This document shows positions 40,782-50,078 of a stretch of DNA of 64,000 bases, piece by piece (positions within the stretch are counted from its first letter, which is position 1; each line of letters begins with the position of its first letter). The translations under genes and the position numbers were made by a program. The stretch covers positions 832,001-896,000 of the forward strand of contig OZ241326.1 of the NCBI GenBank assembly GCA_965199855.1. Reading direction: 5' to 3'. The stretch is from a bacterium. Lineage in GTDB: Bacteria > UBA8248. The notes under the pieces were generated by a model. That model was not told where the DNA came from and ran no database searches. It saw only the letters and a program-made list of their open reading frames with translations.

Positions 40782-41405
40782 TCAGGCGCGGAGCGCCGCG
40801 CGCACCGCCCGCGCCGCCCGGGCGGGATCGGCGGCGCCCAGAACCGCCCCGATGAGCGCGACGCCGCGCGCCCCCCGCGCGAGACACCCGGCCGCGTTGC
40901 CCGCGTCCACGCCGCCCAGTGCATAGACGGGGCCCTCGCACGCCGCGCACGCGCGCCCGAGCGCGTCCAGCCCCAGGGCGGGGCCGGAGGAGAATTTGCT
41001 GTTGGTGGGGAATACGGGGCTGAGCGTCGCGAAATCCGCGCCCCGGGCGAGCGCCTCCGCCGCCTCGGCTCCGTCGTGGGCGGAGTAGCCGATGAGGCCC
41101 CGGTATCCGCGCGCCCGCGTCTCGCGGACGGAGACCGTCCCCTTGCCCAGGTGCAGGCCGGCCGCGCCCAGCGCCTCGGCCAGCCGCGGATCGCCGTTCA
41201 CCAGCACGCGCGCGCCGCGCGCCTCCGCCAGGGCGGCGACCCGCTCGCCCAGCCGCAGACGCTCCGCGGGCGGCAAATCCTTCTCGCGGAACTGGACGAG
41301 GCGCGCCCCGCCCTCGAAGGCGGCCGCCAGCGCGCCCAGGAGGTCTCCCGAGGGAGGAGCGCGCCTGTCCGTGATGAGGTAGAGCGGGTCGAGAGCCGGG
41401 TTCAA
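40782..41405 (-). CDS. thiE: Thiamine-phosphate synthase (ThiE/TenI family)
   Basis: LYLITD, VQFREK, GLHLG, SPVFPTNSK, ALGGV; downstream of thiG. Confidence 0.85.
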   Translation of the reverse strand: MNPALDPLYLITDRRAPPSGDLLGALAAAFEGGARLVQFREKDLPPAERLRLGERVAALAEARGARVLVNGDPRLAEALGAAGLHLGKGTVSVRETRARGYRGLIGYSAHDGAEAAEALARGADFATLSPVFPTNSKFSSGPALGLDALGRACAACEGPVYALGGVDAGNAAGCLARGARGVALIGAVLGAADPARAARAVRAALRA

Positions 41406-41418
41406 GGCGCAACCGACT

Positions 41419-42192
41419 CTAGGAGCCGATGACGCCCGCCAGGGGACTCGACGCCGTGGCGTAGAGCTTCATGGGAATGCGCCCGGCCTCGTGGGCGAGC
41501 CTGCCCGACTCGACCGCCAGGTTCATCGCCCGTGCCATCTTCACGGGGTCGTCCGCGCCCGCGATGGCCGTCTGCATCAGGACGGCGGTCGCGCCCAGCT
41601 CCATGGCGACCGCCGCGTCCGAGGCGGTGCCCACCCCGGCGTCCACGATGACGGGAACCGAAATCTGCTCCAGGATGATCTTGAGATTCCAGGGGTTGCG
41701 GATGCCCAGCCCCGAGCCGATGGGCGCGGCCAGGGGCATGACGGCGTGGCAGCCCAGATCCTCGAGCTTCCTGCACACCACCGGATCGTCGATGCAGTAG
41801 GGCAGGACGATGAAGCCGTCCTCCAGCAGAATCCGGCACGCCTCGAGCAGGCCCTCGTTGTCCGGGAAAAGGGTGTCCTCATCCCCGATGACCTCGACCT
41901 TCACGAAGTCCGACCCCGTGGCCTCGCGCGCGAGCCGCGCCGTCGTCACCGCGCTCTTCACGTCGCAGCAGCCCGCGGTGTTGGGCAGGATCGCGTATTT
42001 CTCCCTGTCGAAGTGCGCCCAGAAGCCCTCCGCCGAGTCGTCGGCCAGGTCCACGCGGCGCACGGCGACGGTGACCATCTCCGTCCCGCTCGCCTCCAGG
42101 GCGCCGCGCATCACGGCGAAATCCGGATATTTGCCCGACCCCACCCAAAGGCGGGAAGTGAACGTCCTGCCCCCGATTTCATACGCGCCCAT
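41419..42192 (-). CDS. thiG: Thiazole synthase
   Basis: [38 protein letters not shown]. Confidence 0.97.
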   Translation of the reverse strand: MGAYEIGGRTFTSRLWVGSGKYPDFAVMRGALEASGTEMVTVAVRRVDLADDSAEGFWAHFDREKYAILPNTAGCCDVKSAVTTARLAREATGSDFVKVEVIGDEDTLFPDNEGLLEACRILLEDGFIVLPYCIDDPVVCRKLEDLGCHAVMPLAAPIGSGLGIRNPWNLKIILEQISVPVIVDAGVGTASDAAVAMELGATAVLMQTAIAGADDPVKMARAMNLAVESGRLAHEAGRIPMKLYATASSPLAGVIGS

Positions 42193-42244
42193 CACGCCGT
42201 CCTCCCGGCGCGCGCCCGCAGGCCGCGCCCGCTTTCCACGCTGA

Positions 42245-42445
42245 TCAGCCCCCGCCCACGGCGCGGACAATCTCGACCTCATCCCCCTCCGAGAGGCTCG
42301 TCTCGCCGTATGCGCCCCGGCGGACGATCTCCATGTTCACCGCCACGGCGATTCCGCTGGCCGCGAGCGGCATGGAGGCCAGAAGCGCCGCGACCGTCGC
42401 GCCCTCGTCCAGCTCCCTCTCCTCGCCGTTCACCCGAATCCGCAA
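42245..42445 (-). CDS. thiS: Sulfur carrier protein ThiS
   Basis: IRVNGE, IAVAVN, C-terminal VGGG; TTG start after GGAGG. Confidence 0.95.
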   Translation of the reverse strand: MRIRVNGEERELDEGATVAALLASMPLAASGIAVAVNMEIVRRGAYGETSLSEGDEVEIVRAVGGG

Positions 42446-42741
42446 GCGCCCGCCTCCCCGGGAGGCTTCCGAAGGGGCGGCTCCCGCCAGGCCCGCGCCG
42501 TTCTCCGAAGCCTCCCGCGCAGCGCCGGAAAAACCGCCTTCCCGATTATATACGCGCGCGCGCCGGGTTGCAACGCGGGAGAATGAACGCGGCCCAAGCC
42601 CGCCCGCGCGCCTCCTCCCGCGCCCGCCGGGCCGCGCGCGTGCAATTCCACCGGATTTCGGGTATGAATGCGGAAGCCGCATGAGGCCGCCGGGGCTCCT
42701 CGCCTCGCCCCGCGCGCATCCACCCGCCGAGGAGCGCATCC

Positions 42742-43842
42742 ATGAAAGCAGCCATCTTCCACGAAGTCGGCAAGCCGATGACCATCGAACCCATCGAGGT
42801 GGCGCCGCCCAGGGCCGGGGAAGTCCTCGTGCGCTACCGCGCGGGCGGCGTCTGCCACAGCGATCATCACGCCATGGCGGGCGTGTTTCCGGTGCCGACG
42901 CCCATCGTGATGGGCCACGAGGGGGCGGGCGTCGTGGAGGAGGTGGGCCCGGGGGTGGACTCCGTGAAGCCGGGCGATCACGTGGTCTCCGTCTGGCGCT
43001 ACAGCTGCGGCGCCTGCGAGCTCTGCCTGGCGGGGCGGCCCGCCATCTGCGGCGAGGGCATCCGGATGCGCGCCGACGGCACCCTCTCGGACGGCACCAC
43101 GCGCTTCTCCGTCAACGGCGAGAAGGTGCACCACTTCCTGGGCGTCTCCACGTTCAGCTCCTATTCGGTGGTCTCGGAGAAGTCGGTTCTCAAGATCCGC
43201 GAGGACATGCCGCTCGAGAAGGCGGCGGTGGTGAGCTGCGCCGTCATCACGGGCGTGGGCGCGGTGGTCAACGGCGCCAAGGTGCGCCCGGGCGAGAGCG
43301 TGGCGGTGTTCGGCGCGGGCGGCGTGGGGCTGAACGCCATCCAGGGCGCGGCGCTCGTGGGGGCGGAGCCGATCATCGCGGTCGATCTGATGCAGAACAA
43401 GCTGGAGATGGCCAGAACGTTCGGCGCCACCCACGTGGTGAACTCCTCGGACGAGGACGCGGTGGAGACCATCCGGGAGATCACGGGCGGCAAGGGCGCG
43501 CACTACGCCTTTGAATTCATCGGCGTCCCCGAAGTGATGGCGGCGGCGTTCCAGAGCGTCCGCACGGGCGGCGCCGCCGTCATCGTGGGCATCGCCGACG
43601 TGAAGTCGCGGGTGTCGATTCCCCCGACCGCGCTGGTCACGGAGGAGAAGCGGCTCATCGGCTCCCTCTACGGCTCCTGCAGCCCCCGCATCGAGGTGCC
43701 CAGGCTCATCGACCTCTACATGGCCGGCAAGCTCAACCTCGACGATCTGCTCACGAAGGAGTGGCCGATAGAGCAGATCAACGAAGCCTACGAGGCGCTC
43801 CTGAACGGCGAGGTGGCGCGCAGCGTCGTCGTGCACGGGTAG
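42742..43842 (+). CDS. Zn-dependent alcohol/aldehyde dehydrogenase (class III-like)
   Basis: GVCHSD, GHEGAG, CGACELC, GAGGVGL. Confidence 0.92.
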   Translation: MKAAIFHEVGKPMTIEPIEVAPPRAGEVLVRYRAGGVCHSDHHAMAGVFPVPTPIVMGHEGAGVVEEVGPGVDSVKPGDHVVSVWRYSCGACELCLAGRPAICGEGIRMRADGTLSDGTTRFSVNGEKVHHFLGVSTFSSYSVVSEKSVLKIREDMPLEKAAVVSCAVITGVGAVVNGAKVRPGESVAVFGAGGVGLNAIQGAALVGAEPIIAVDLMQNKLEMARTFGATHVVNSSDEDAVETIREITGGKGAHYAFEFIGVPEVMAAAFQSVRTGGAAVIVGIADVKSRVSIPPTALVTEEKRLIGSLYGSCSPRIEVPRLIDLYMAGKLNLDDLLTKEWPIEQINEAYEALLNGEVARSVVVHG

Positions 43843-43915
43843 GGAAGAGGGGCTATCGCGCTACGGACGCTCCGAAGCAAGAGGATGAATGACTCGATGG
43901 GCAAGGAGCTGCGCG

Positions 43916-44290
43916 ATGAACGAGCAGCTCGGCCACTACTCGAACAAGCCGGCCTATGAAACCGATTCGCGGGATATGAAAGCCGCGCCGGAGGCGGGGG
44001 AGAACATCGTCGCCGTTGACGCGCGCTCGCCCGAGGCGTTCGAGCGAGAGCGCATCCCGGGCGCCGTGAACATCCCGCATCGGCGCATGAGCGCGGAGAC
44101 CACCGGGCACCTCGACGGGAAGGCGCTGATCGTCGTCTATTGCGACGGCACAGGCTGCAACGCCTCGACCAGGGGCGCGCTCAACATGACGCGGCCGGGC
44201 TTCCGGGTCAAGGAACCCATCGGCGGGCTGGATTGGTGGAAGCGGGACGGGCATGCGACGGAGAGCGCCGCCGCGCCCTTGAAGGCGTGA
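43916..44290 (+). CDS. Rhodanese-like protein (possibly decaying)
   Basis: VDARS, IPGAVNIP, VYCDGTGCNAS, GGLDWW. Confidence 0.8.
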   Translation: MNEQLGHYSNKPAYETDSRDMKAAPEAGENIVAVDARSPEAFERERIPGAVNIPHRRMSAETTGHLDGKALIVVYCDGTGCNASTRGALNMTRPGFRVKEPIGGLDWWKRDGHATESAAAPLKA

Positions 44291-44385
44291 CAAGGAGGCC
44301 GCCCCGCCCGAAAGCCGCCGTCCGGACGCGGGCGGGCGCTTTCTGATATTTCGACACTTCTTTTCGTCCCGCCGGAGGAGACTCC

Positions 44386-45027
44386 ATGGACATCATCGAC
44401 ATTTCGGTTCCCGTGCGGGAGGGGGAGACGCCCCTCTGGCCGGGCAACCCGGGCCTCAAGATGCGCTTCCACAAATCCTTCAAGGCGGGGGATTCGGTCT
44501 GCCTGACGGAGGCGGTCATCGGCGTCCACACCGGCACCCACCTGGACGCGCCCATGCACTACCTGCGGGATCAGGGCGGCATCGAGACGCTCCCCCTGGA
44601 AGTCCTCGTCGGCCCCGCCCGGGTCATCGAGACGGAAAACCCCGAATGCGTGAGCGCGGAGGAGCTCGGGACGAAAAACCTGGAGGGGGCGACGCGCTTC
44701 TTGATCAAGACGCGAAACTCGGCCGAGAGGTGGTGGGAGAAGCCCTACGATCCGCATTTTTGCGCCATGACGCCCGACGCCGCGCGTCTTCTGCTCGAAA
44801 GCGGAATGACGCTCCTGGGCGTGGACTACCTCTCCGTGGACGCGCCGAAAAGCGGCGCGCCCGTCCACCTGCTCCTGATGCCCGAGGGGGTCGTCCTGCT
44901 GGAGGGGCTGAACCTGGGCGGCGTCGCCGAGGGCGACTACGAGCTCATCGCCCTGCCCGCCCTGTTCGCCGGGCGCGACGGCGCGCCCGCCCGCGCGATT
45001 CTGCGGCCCCTCCCCGCGTCCGCCTGA
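44386..45027 (+). CDS. Cyclase/kynurenine formamidase (KynB) family
   Basis: HTGTHLDAP, GVDYLSVD, LEGLNL, DGAPARA. Confidence 0.92.
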   Translation: MDIIDISVPVREGETPLWPGNPGLKMRFHKSFKAGDSVCLTEAVIGVHTGTHLDAPMHYLRDQGGIETLPLEVLVGPARVIETENPECVSAEELGTKNLEGATRFLIKTRNSAERWWEKPYDPHFCAMTPDAARLLLESGMTLLGVDYLSVDAPKSGAPVHLLLMPEGVVLLEGLNLGGVAEGDYELIALPALFAGRDGAPARAILRPLPASA

Positions 45028-45165
45028 GCGCGCCTTTCGGGAGGCGCCCGCAGGGAGCGCGCGCGAGCCGCGCGGCGTCGAAAACCCTCCCGCCGCTTGC
45101 CCGAAGCCCGGTTTTGGGGAAATACTCCCCCGTCGGGCCGGGTTCACCTTCCCGCGGGGAGCCGC

Positions 45166-45951
45166 ATGAACGACTCCAAAGAACAGCGCGACGCCGTCCA
45201 GAGAATCTACAACCAGGATTCGGACTACTACGTCACCAGCGCGCCCCACGCGCGGAGCAGCTCCCTCGCGCGCGCGGCCGAGGTGCTGGACCCGAAGGGC
45301 GGCCTGCACCTGGACGTCGCCACCGGCGCGGGGCACACCGCCTACCGGATGGCGGAGCGGTGCCGCCGCGTGATAGCGAGCGACCTGACCGCCGGAATGC
45401 TCGACGCCGCGCGTAGGCTCGGCCGGGAGAGGGGCGTCGAAAACGTATCGTTCCTGAGAACCGACGCCGAGCGCCTGGGCGTCCTCGACGAGGCGCTCGA
45501 TTCGATCTCCGTGCGCATCGCGCCGCATCACTTTCCCGACGCGCAGGCCGCCATGCGCGAGATGTTCCGCGCGCTGAAGCCGGGGGGAAGGCTCATCTAC
45601 ATCGACAACGTCGCGCCCGAGGAGCCGAGGGAGGCGGCGAGCTACAACGACTTCGAGCGGCTGCGCGACCCGAGCCACAACCGATGCGAGAGCCTGCCCG
45701 GCCTGGTGGAGATGCTGGAGGCGGCGGGCTTCCGCGTCCTCTACTCCGAAGCCCTGCGAAAGAAGATGGTTCTCTCCGAATGGGTGAACCGCCCCCACCT
45801 CTTGGAAGAAGACAGGGCGGCGCTTCGGGAATACCTGGAGACCGCCTCGCCCGCCATCGCCTACTGGCTCGACCCGCGCGAGGAGGAGGGCGAGTTCTTC
45901 TTCGACGAGCGCGAGGCCGTCATCCTGGCCGAACGCCCCGCGCGGGCATGA
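45166..45951 (+). CDS. Class I SAM-dependent methyltransferase
   Basis: LDVATGAGHT, APHHF, LKPGG, RDPSH. Confidence 0.9.
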   Translation: MNDSKEQRDAVQRIYNQDSDYYVTSAPHARSSSLARAAEVLDPKGGLHLDVATGAGHTAYRMAERCRRVIASDLTAGMLDAARRLGRERGVENVSFLRTDAERLGVLDEALDSISVRIAPHHFPDAQAAMREMFRALKPGGRLIYIDNVAPEEPREAASYNDFERLRDPSHNRCESLPGLVEMLEAAGFRVLYSEALRKKMVLSEWVNRPHLLEEDRAALREYLETASPAIAYWLDPREEEGEFFFDEREAVILAERPARA

Positions 45952-47315
45952 GCGGGGAGAGGCGCACGGGCCGCCTGGCGGCCGCGGACAGAAAGCACCT
46001 GTGGCACCCCTTCACCCCCATGGACGAGTGGGAGCGCGAGGATCCCCCGCTCATCATCGAGCGCGGCGAGGGCGCGTATCTCATCGACGTGGAGGGCAGG
46101 CGCTACCTGGACGGCGTCTCCTCCCTGTGGGTGAACCTGCACGGGCACCGTCGGGAGGAGATCGACCGCGCGATTCGCGCCCAGCTCGACAGAATCGCCC
46201 ACACCACCCAGCTCGGCATGACGAACCCCGCGGCCATCGCGCTCGCGGAGAAGCTCGTCCATATCGCCCCCGCCGGCCTCACCCGCGTCTTCTATTCGGA
46301 CTCGGGCGCGACGGCGGTGGAAATCGCCCTCAAGATGGCCTTCCAGTACCAGAAGCAGAGAAAAAGCCCGAAGCCGGAGAAGGACAGGTTCCTCGCCCTG
46401 AGCCTCGCCTACCACGGCGACACGATAGGGGCGGTCTCTCTGGGCGGAATCGGCCTGTTCCACCACATTTTCGGCCCCCTGCTCTTTCGCGCCATGCGCG
46501 CGGAGGCGCCCTACTGCCTCTGGTGCCCGAGGGGAGCGGAGCGTCCGCCGTGCGCGGTCTGCTCGGGCGAGGAAATCGCGCGCCATATCGAGGAGAACGC
46601 GGCGCATCTGGCGGCGGTGGTCGTCGAGCCGATGGCGCAGGGGGCGGCGGGGATGATCGTCCAGCCCCCCGGCTTTCTGCGGCGGGTGCGCGAGGCGTGC
46701 GCGGCGAACGACGTCCTGCTCATCGCCGACGAGGTGGCCACGGGCTTCGGACGCGCGGGGACGATGTTCGCCTGCGAGCTCGAGGGGGTCGCCCCCGACA
46801 TCCTCTGCCTCGCCAAGGGAATCACGGGCGGCTACCTGCCGCTCGCGGCGACGCTGGCGACCGAGGAGATATTCGACGCCTTCCGGGGCGCGCCCGAGGC
46901 GGGCCGCGCCTTCTTTCACGGACACTCCTACGCGGGCAACCCCCTGGCCTGCGCCGCCGCGCTGGCGAACCTGGAGATTTTCGAGAAGGAGCGAACCATC
47001 GAGCGCAATCGGCCGAAAATCGCGCGCCTGTGGCGCGAGCTCGAACGCCTGAGGGACTCCCCCCGCGTGGGCGAGGTTCGCGGCCTCGGCTGGATGGTGG
47101 GAATCGAGCTCGTCAAGGACAGGGAGAAGATGGAGCCCTACGCCCCCGCCGAGCGCAAGGGGCGCGAGGCGGTTCTCGCGGCGAGAAGGCGCGGCCTCGC
47201 CATCCGGCCGCTGGGAGACGTCCTCGTCCTCATGCCCCCCTACTGCGTGACGGAGGAGGAGATCGCCTGGATGGTGGATGTCCTCGCCGAAGCCCTCGCC
47301 GAGGCGCGCGCCTGA
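45948..47315 (+). CDS. bioA: DAPA aminotransferase
   Basis: WHPFT, DGVSSLWVNLHG, YHGDT, DEVATGFGR, AKGITGGY, FHGHSY. Confidence 0.95.
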   Translation: MSGERRTGRLAAADRKHLWHPFTPMDEWEREDPPLIIERGEGAYLIDVEGRRYLDGVSSLWVNLHGHRREEIDRAIRAQLDRIAHTTQLGMTNPAAIALAEKLVHIAPAGLTRVFYSDSGATAVEIALKMAFQYQKQRKSPKPEKDRFLALSLAYHGDTIGAVSLGGIGLFHHIFGPLLFRAMRAEAPYCLWCPRGAERPPCAVCSGEEIARHIEENAAHLAAVVVEPMAQGAAGMIVQPPGFLRRVREACAANDVLLIADEVATGFGRAGTMFACELEGVAPDILCLAKGITGGYLPLAATLATEEIFDAFRGAPEAGRAFFHGHSYAGNPLACAAALANLEIFEKERTIERNRPKIARLWRELERLRDSPRVGEVRGLGWMVGIELVKDREKMEPYAPAERKGREAVLAARRRGLAIRPLGDVLVLMPPYCVTEEEIAWMVDVLAEALAEARA

Positions 47316-47319
47316 GGCC

Positions 47320-48048
47320 TCAGCGGGATTTCTCGGGCGCGCCCACCGCGCCCACGTCCGGCTCGCCGCGCGGCGCGCCCACGGCGCGGACGGGCGCCTC
47401 GCCCGCGCGTGGCGTCCTCTCCGCGGAGGAGCCGGCGGCTCCCGCGGACGCCCCGGCGCCGGGGCGCTTCGCCATCAAATCCTCGCGGAGCCTCAAGGGC
47501 CCCGTGATGGCGAGCGAGCCGGCGACGGTCTGCGCCTCCTGACCCTCCACGAGCAGCGTCACGCGGTCGAAAAGATGCGGAAAGTTGCGGATGACGACGG
47601 CGGCGACCCCGTAGGCGGTCATCAGCTCCGCCCAGGCGCCTCCCGGGTGCGCCTCACGGAAGGCCTTGTCGAAATCGACGTAAGCCGCGCCGCCCGCGCC
47701 GGGAAAAACGGCGCGCAGCTTCGTCCCCGGAGGCAGAATCGGCGCGCGGCCCTCCTCCTTCGGCCCCTCGATGAGCGCCTCCAGCGCGTTGCGGAGGGTG
47801 TGGACGTCGTCCTCTCCGATCTCCACCTCCGCCGGATGGGGAACCAGCAGGTCATCCTCCGCGTCGGCGAAGTAGAGCGTCGCCTCGACGGTCGGCGCGA
47901 GCGCCGCCTCCTCCGGCGCGGGACCGAAGGCGACTTCCCGGCCGCGCTCCACGAAGTCGAAAACGGCGTCCTGAAACGCCCAGACGAGCGCCGCTCCCCC
48001 CGCGACGATAAGGCAGGCGAGGGCGAGGTTCCGCATCACCCTGCTCAC
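47320..48048 (-). CDS. GerMN domain protein
   Basis: N-terminal TM, TLYFAD, LIEGP, LPPGTKL, AYVDF. Confidence 0.88.
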   Translation of the reverse strand: MSRVMRNLALACLIVAGGAALVWAFQDAVFDFVERGREVAFGPAPEEAALAPTVEATLYFADAEDDLLVPHPAEVEIGEDDVHTLRNALEALIEGPKEEGRAPILPPGTKLRAVFPGAGGAAYVDFDKAFREAHPGGAWAELMTAYGVAAVVIRNFPHLFDRVTLLVEGQEAQTVAGSLAITGPLRLREDLMAKRPGAGASAGAAGSSAERTPRAGEAPVRAVGAPRGEPDVGAVGAPEKSR

Positions 48049-48896
48049 CTTCGGCCCTCCCCCGCGGCGGATTCGCGCTCCGGCGCGGCCTCATCGCTTT
48101 CGGCGGCCCCGGGCGGCGCGTCCCCGAACGCCGGGGGGGCTTCCGCGGGAATCTCCTCGTCCAGGCCGGCGAAGGCGAATATCTCCCGGACGACGGCGAT
48201 GACGTAGGCGTCCTCCTCCCCCATCTCGCGGAGCCGCGCCTCCTCCTCCGGCGTGCTGATGACGCCCAGGCTTACGTAGACCGCGGGCATCCGCGCCCCC
48301 TCCAGATCCCGCGCGGGCAGGACGCGGAGCGGCGGCTTCTCCCCCGCGCCGAGGGCGGCGAAGCGCCTCTGCAGCCCCTGGGCGAAGCGGCGGCCCGAGG
48401 CCAGATGCACGTTCTGGCTGCGCTGCCAGCGAAGCGCGACGGCCCCGGGCGGTTCGCCCTTCACGCGGGGCGGGCGGCGGGGCGCCGCCGTGATGATGAG
48501 AGGCCCCCGCGCTCCCGGCCGCCAGGAGGCGTCCGCGTGCAGGGAGAGGAACAGGGAGGCGCCCTGGTAGTTCGCGACGGCGGCGCGGCGCGCGGCGCTC
48601 ATCTGCGCGTCCGTCTCGCGCGTCAGCGACGCCTTCACCTCGGGCCGCCTGGAGAGGAGATCGGCGATCATCCGCGCCGCGCGCAGGGTGAAGTCCTTCT
48701 CGGCGAGCGAGGCGCCGCGGCTGCCCGAATCCCGCCCTCCATGGGCGGGGTCGATCACAACGACGAAGGGCGCGTCGGACGAGGGGAGCGGCGCTTCCTC
48801 CCCCCGCGCGGGCGCCGGGAACGCATGACCCGACAGACAGGCGAGCGCCCCGAAGAGCGCCGCCAGCGTGAAAACAGCGCGACCGCGCGGCGACAA
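48045..48896 (-). CDS. N-acetylmuramoyl-L-alanine amidase (Amidase_3), possibly inactive
   Basis: VIDPAHGG, AEK, LTR, SLHAD, MPAVYVSLG. Confidence 0.85.
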   Translation of the reverse strand: MSPRGRAVFTLAALFGALACLSGHAFPAPARGEEAPLPSSDAPFVVVIDPAHGGRDSGSRGASLAEKDFTLRAARMIADLLSRRPEVKASLTRETDAQMSAARRAAVANYQGASLFLSLHADASWRPGARGPLIITAAPRRPPRVKGEPPGAVALRWQRSQNVHLASGRRFAQGLQRRFAALGAGEKPPLRVLPARDLEGARMPAVYVSLGVISTPEEEARLREMGEEDAYVIAVVREIFAFAGLDEEIPAEAPPAFGDAPPGAAESDEAAPERESAAGEGRR

Positions 48897-49003
48897 AGCT
48901 TTCCCTCCCCTTCTCTGGCTTCAAACTAACACCGCGCGGGAGGGGAAGCCAGCCGACGGCGCGGGCGGCGGCGCGCTTGCGTCGGGCGGGAATTTCCCCG
49001 AAC

Positions 49004-49327
49004 ATGGGCGGCGGTTTCCTCCGTCGAAAGCGAGGCGAATCGGGAGGCGGGCGCGTGTGGGGCGACGATGCGCCGGACGGCGTGAAGGGCCTGTCGGATT
49101 CCAGGCGAATCCTCACGGTGGGCGGGCAGATGGAGGCGCTCATCCTCAAGGGCAGGCTGGAGGCCGAGGGCATACCGGCGCACCTGAGCTACGACTCGGC
49201 GGGGGCGATCTACGGCTTCAGCCGGACGAACCTGGGCGCGGTGCACGTCATGGTCCCCGAGGGCTTCGAGGAGGAGGCGCGCCGCGTCTGCCGCAGAATC
49301 CGGGAGAGCGACCGCGCGCCCGAATAA
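49004..49327 (+). CDS. DUF2007-like putative signal-transducing protein
   Basis: EALILKGRLEAEGIPA..VHVMVPE..EEA; start uncertain. Confidence 0.75.
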   Translation: MGGGFLRRKRGESGGGRVWGDDAPDGVKGLSDSRRILTVGGQMEALILKGRLEAEGIPAHLSYDSAGAIYGFSRTNLGAVHVMVPEGFEEEARRVCRRIRESDRAPE

Positions 49328-49375
49328 GCGCATTCGACGACTTTTCTCCGCGCCCGGACACCCGAAGGCGGCGTC

Positions 49376-49978
49376 GTGACGAGCATTCAGGCGGACATCG
49401 AGGCCCTGCGCCGGCTCCTGATCGAGAAGGCGTATGAGAAGCGGGAGGTGACGCTCGCCTCGGGCCGGCGGAGCGACTTCTACGTCGACTGCCGCCAGGT
49501 CACCCTGCACGGCGAGGGGGCGCGGCTCGTGGGCCGGGTGGTTCTCTCGCGCGTCCGGCGAAGCGGCGTCCGGGCCGTGGGCGGCCCCACCCTGGGGGCG
49601 GACCCGATGGTGACGGCCGTCTCGATGACCGCCGCGCTCGAGGGCCTCGACCTTCCCGCCTTCATCATCCGAAAAGGCGACAAGGGCCACGGGACGCGCA
49701 GCCGCATCGAGGGGATGGGCAACCTGCGAAGCGGCATGAGGGTCGCCATCCTCGAGGACGTGGTGACCACGGCGGCCTCGAGCCTCGCCGCCATCGAGGC
49801 GGCGCGGGAGGCGGGGCTGGAAGTCGCCCGCGTCGTCTGCCTCGTGGACAGGGAGGAGGGCGGACGGGAGAGCCTCGCCGCGCGCGGCTTCGCCCTCGAC
49901 GCCGTCTTCACGAAAACGAGCCTGCTGAGAGGCGGGGGGATGAGAAGAGCGGCAAACGGACAGAAAGGGCGACTCTAG
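49376..49978 (+). CDS. pyrE: Orotate phosphoribosyltransferase
   Basis: LASGRRSDFYVD, GGPTLGA, IRK..KGHG, LEDVVTT, VDR. Confidence 0.95.
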   Translation: MTSIQADIEALRRLLIEKAYEKREVTLASGRRSDFYVDCRQVTLHGEGARLVGRVVLSRVRRSGVRAVGGPTLGADPMVTAVSMTAALEGLDLPAFIIRKGDKGHGTRSRIEGMGNLRSGMRVAILEDVVTTAASSLAAIEAAREAGLEVARVVCLVDREEGGRESLAARGFALDAVFTKTSLLRGGGMRRAANGQKGRL

Positions 49979-50078
49979 GCTAATCAAGGCCAGCTCAATA
50001 TATCACGCAATTTTCATCAGAAAAACGACTTCGTAATTCCCTCTTTACCTCCGAGTTCTCGAAACAGAAATTTGCAGT

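Noticed and set aside
42455-42560. TPP riboswitch upstream of thiS
   Set aside because: An inverted repeat (GGGAGGCTTC..GAAGCCTCCC) lies next to the RBS, but the CTGAGA and CCTGA/AGGGA TPP signatures are absent
45166-45951. BioC assignment for the methyltransferase coupled to bioA
   Set aside because: Only generic class I methyltransferase motifs; no other bio genes adjacent
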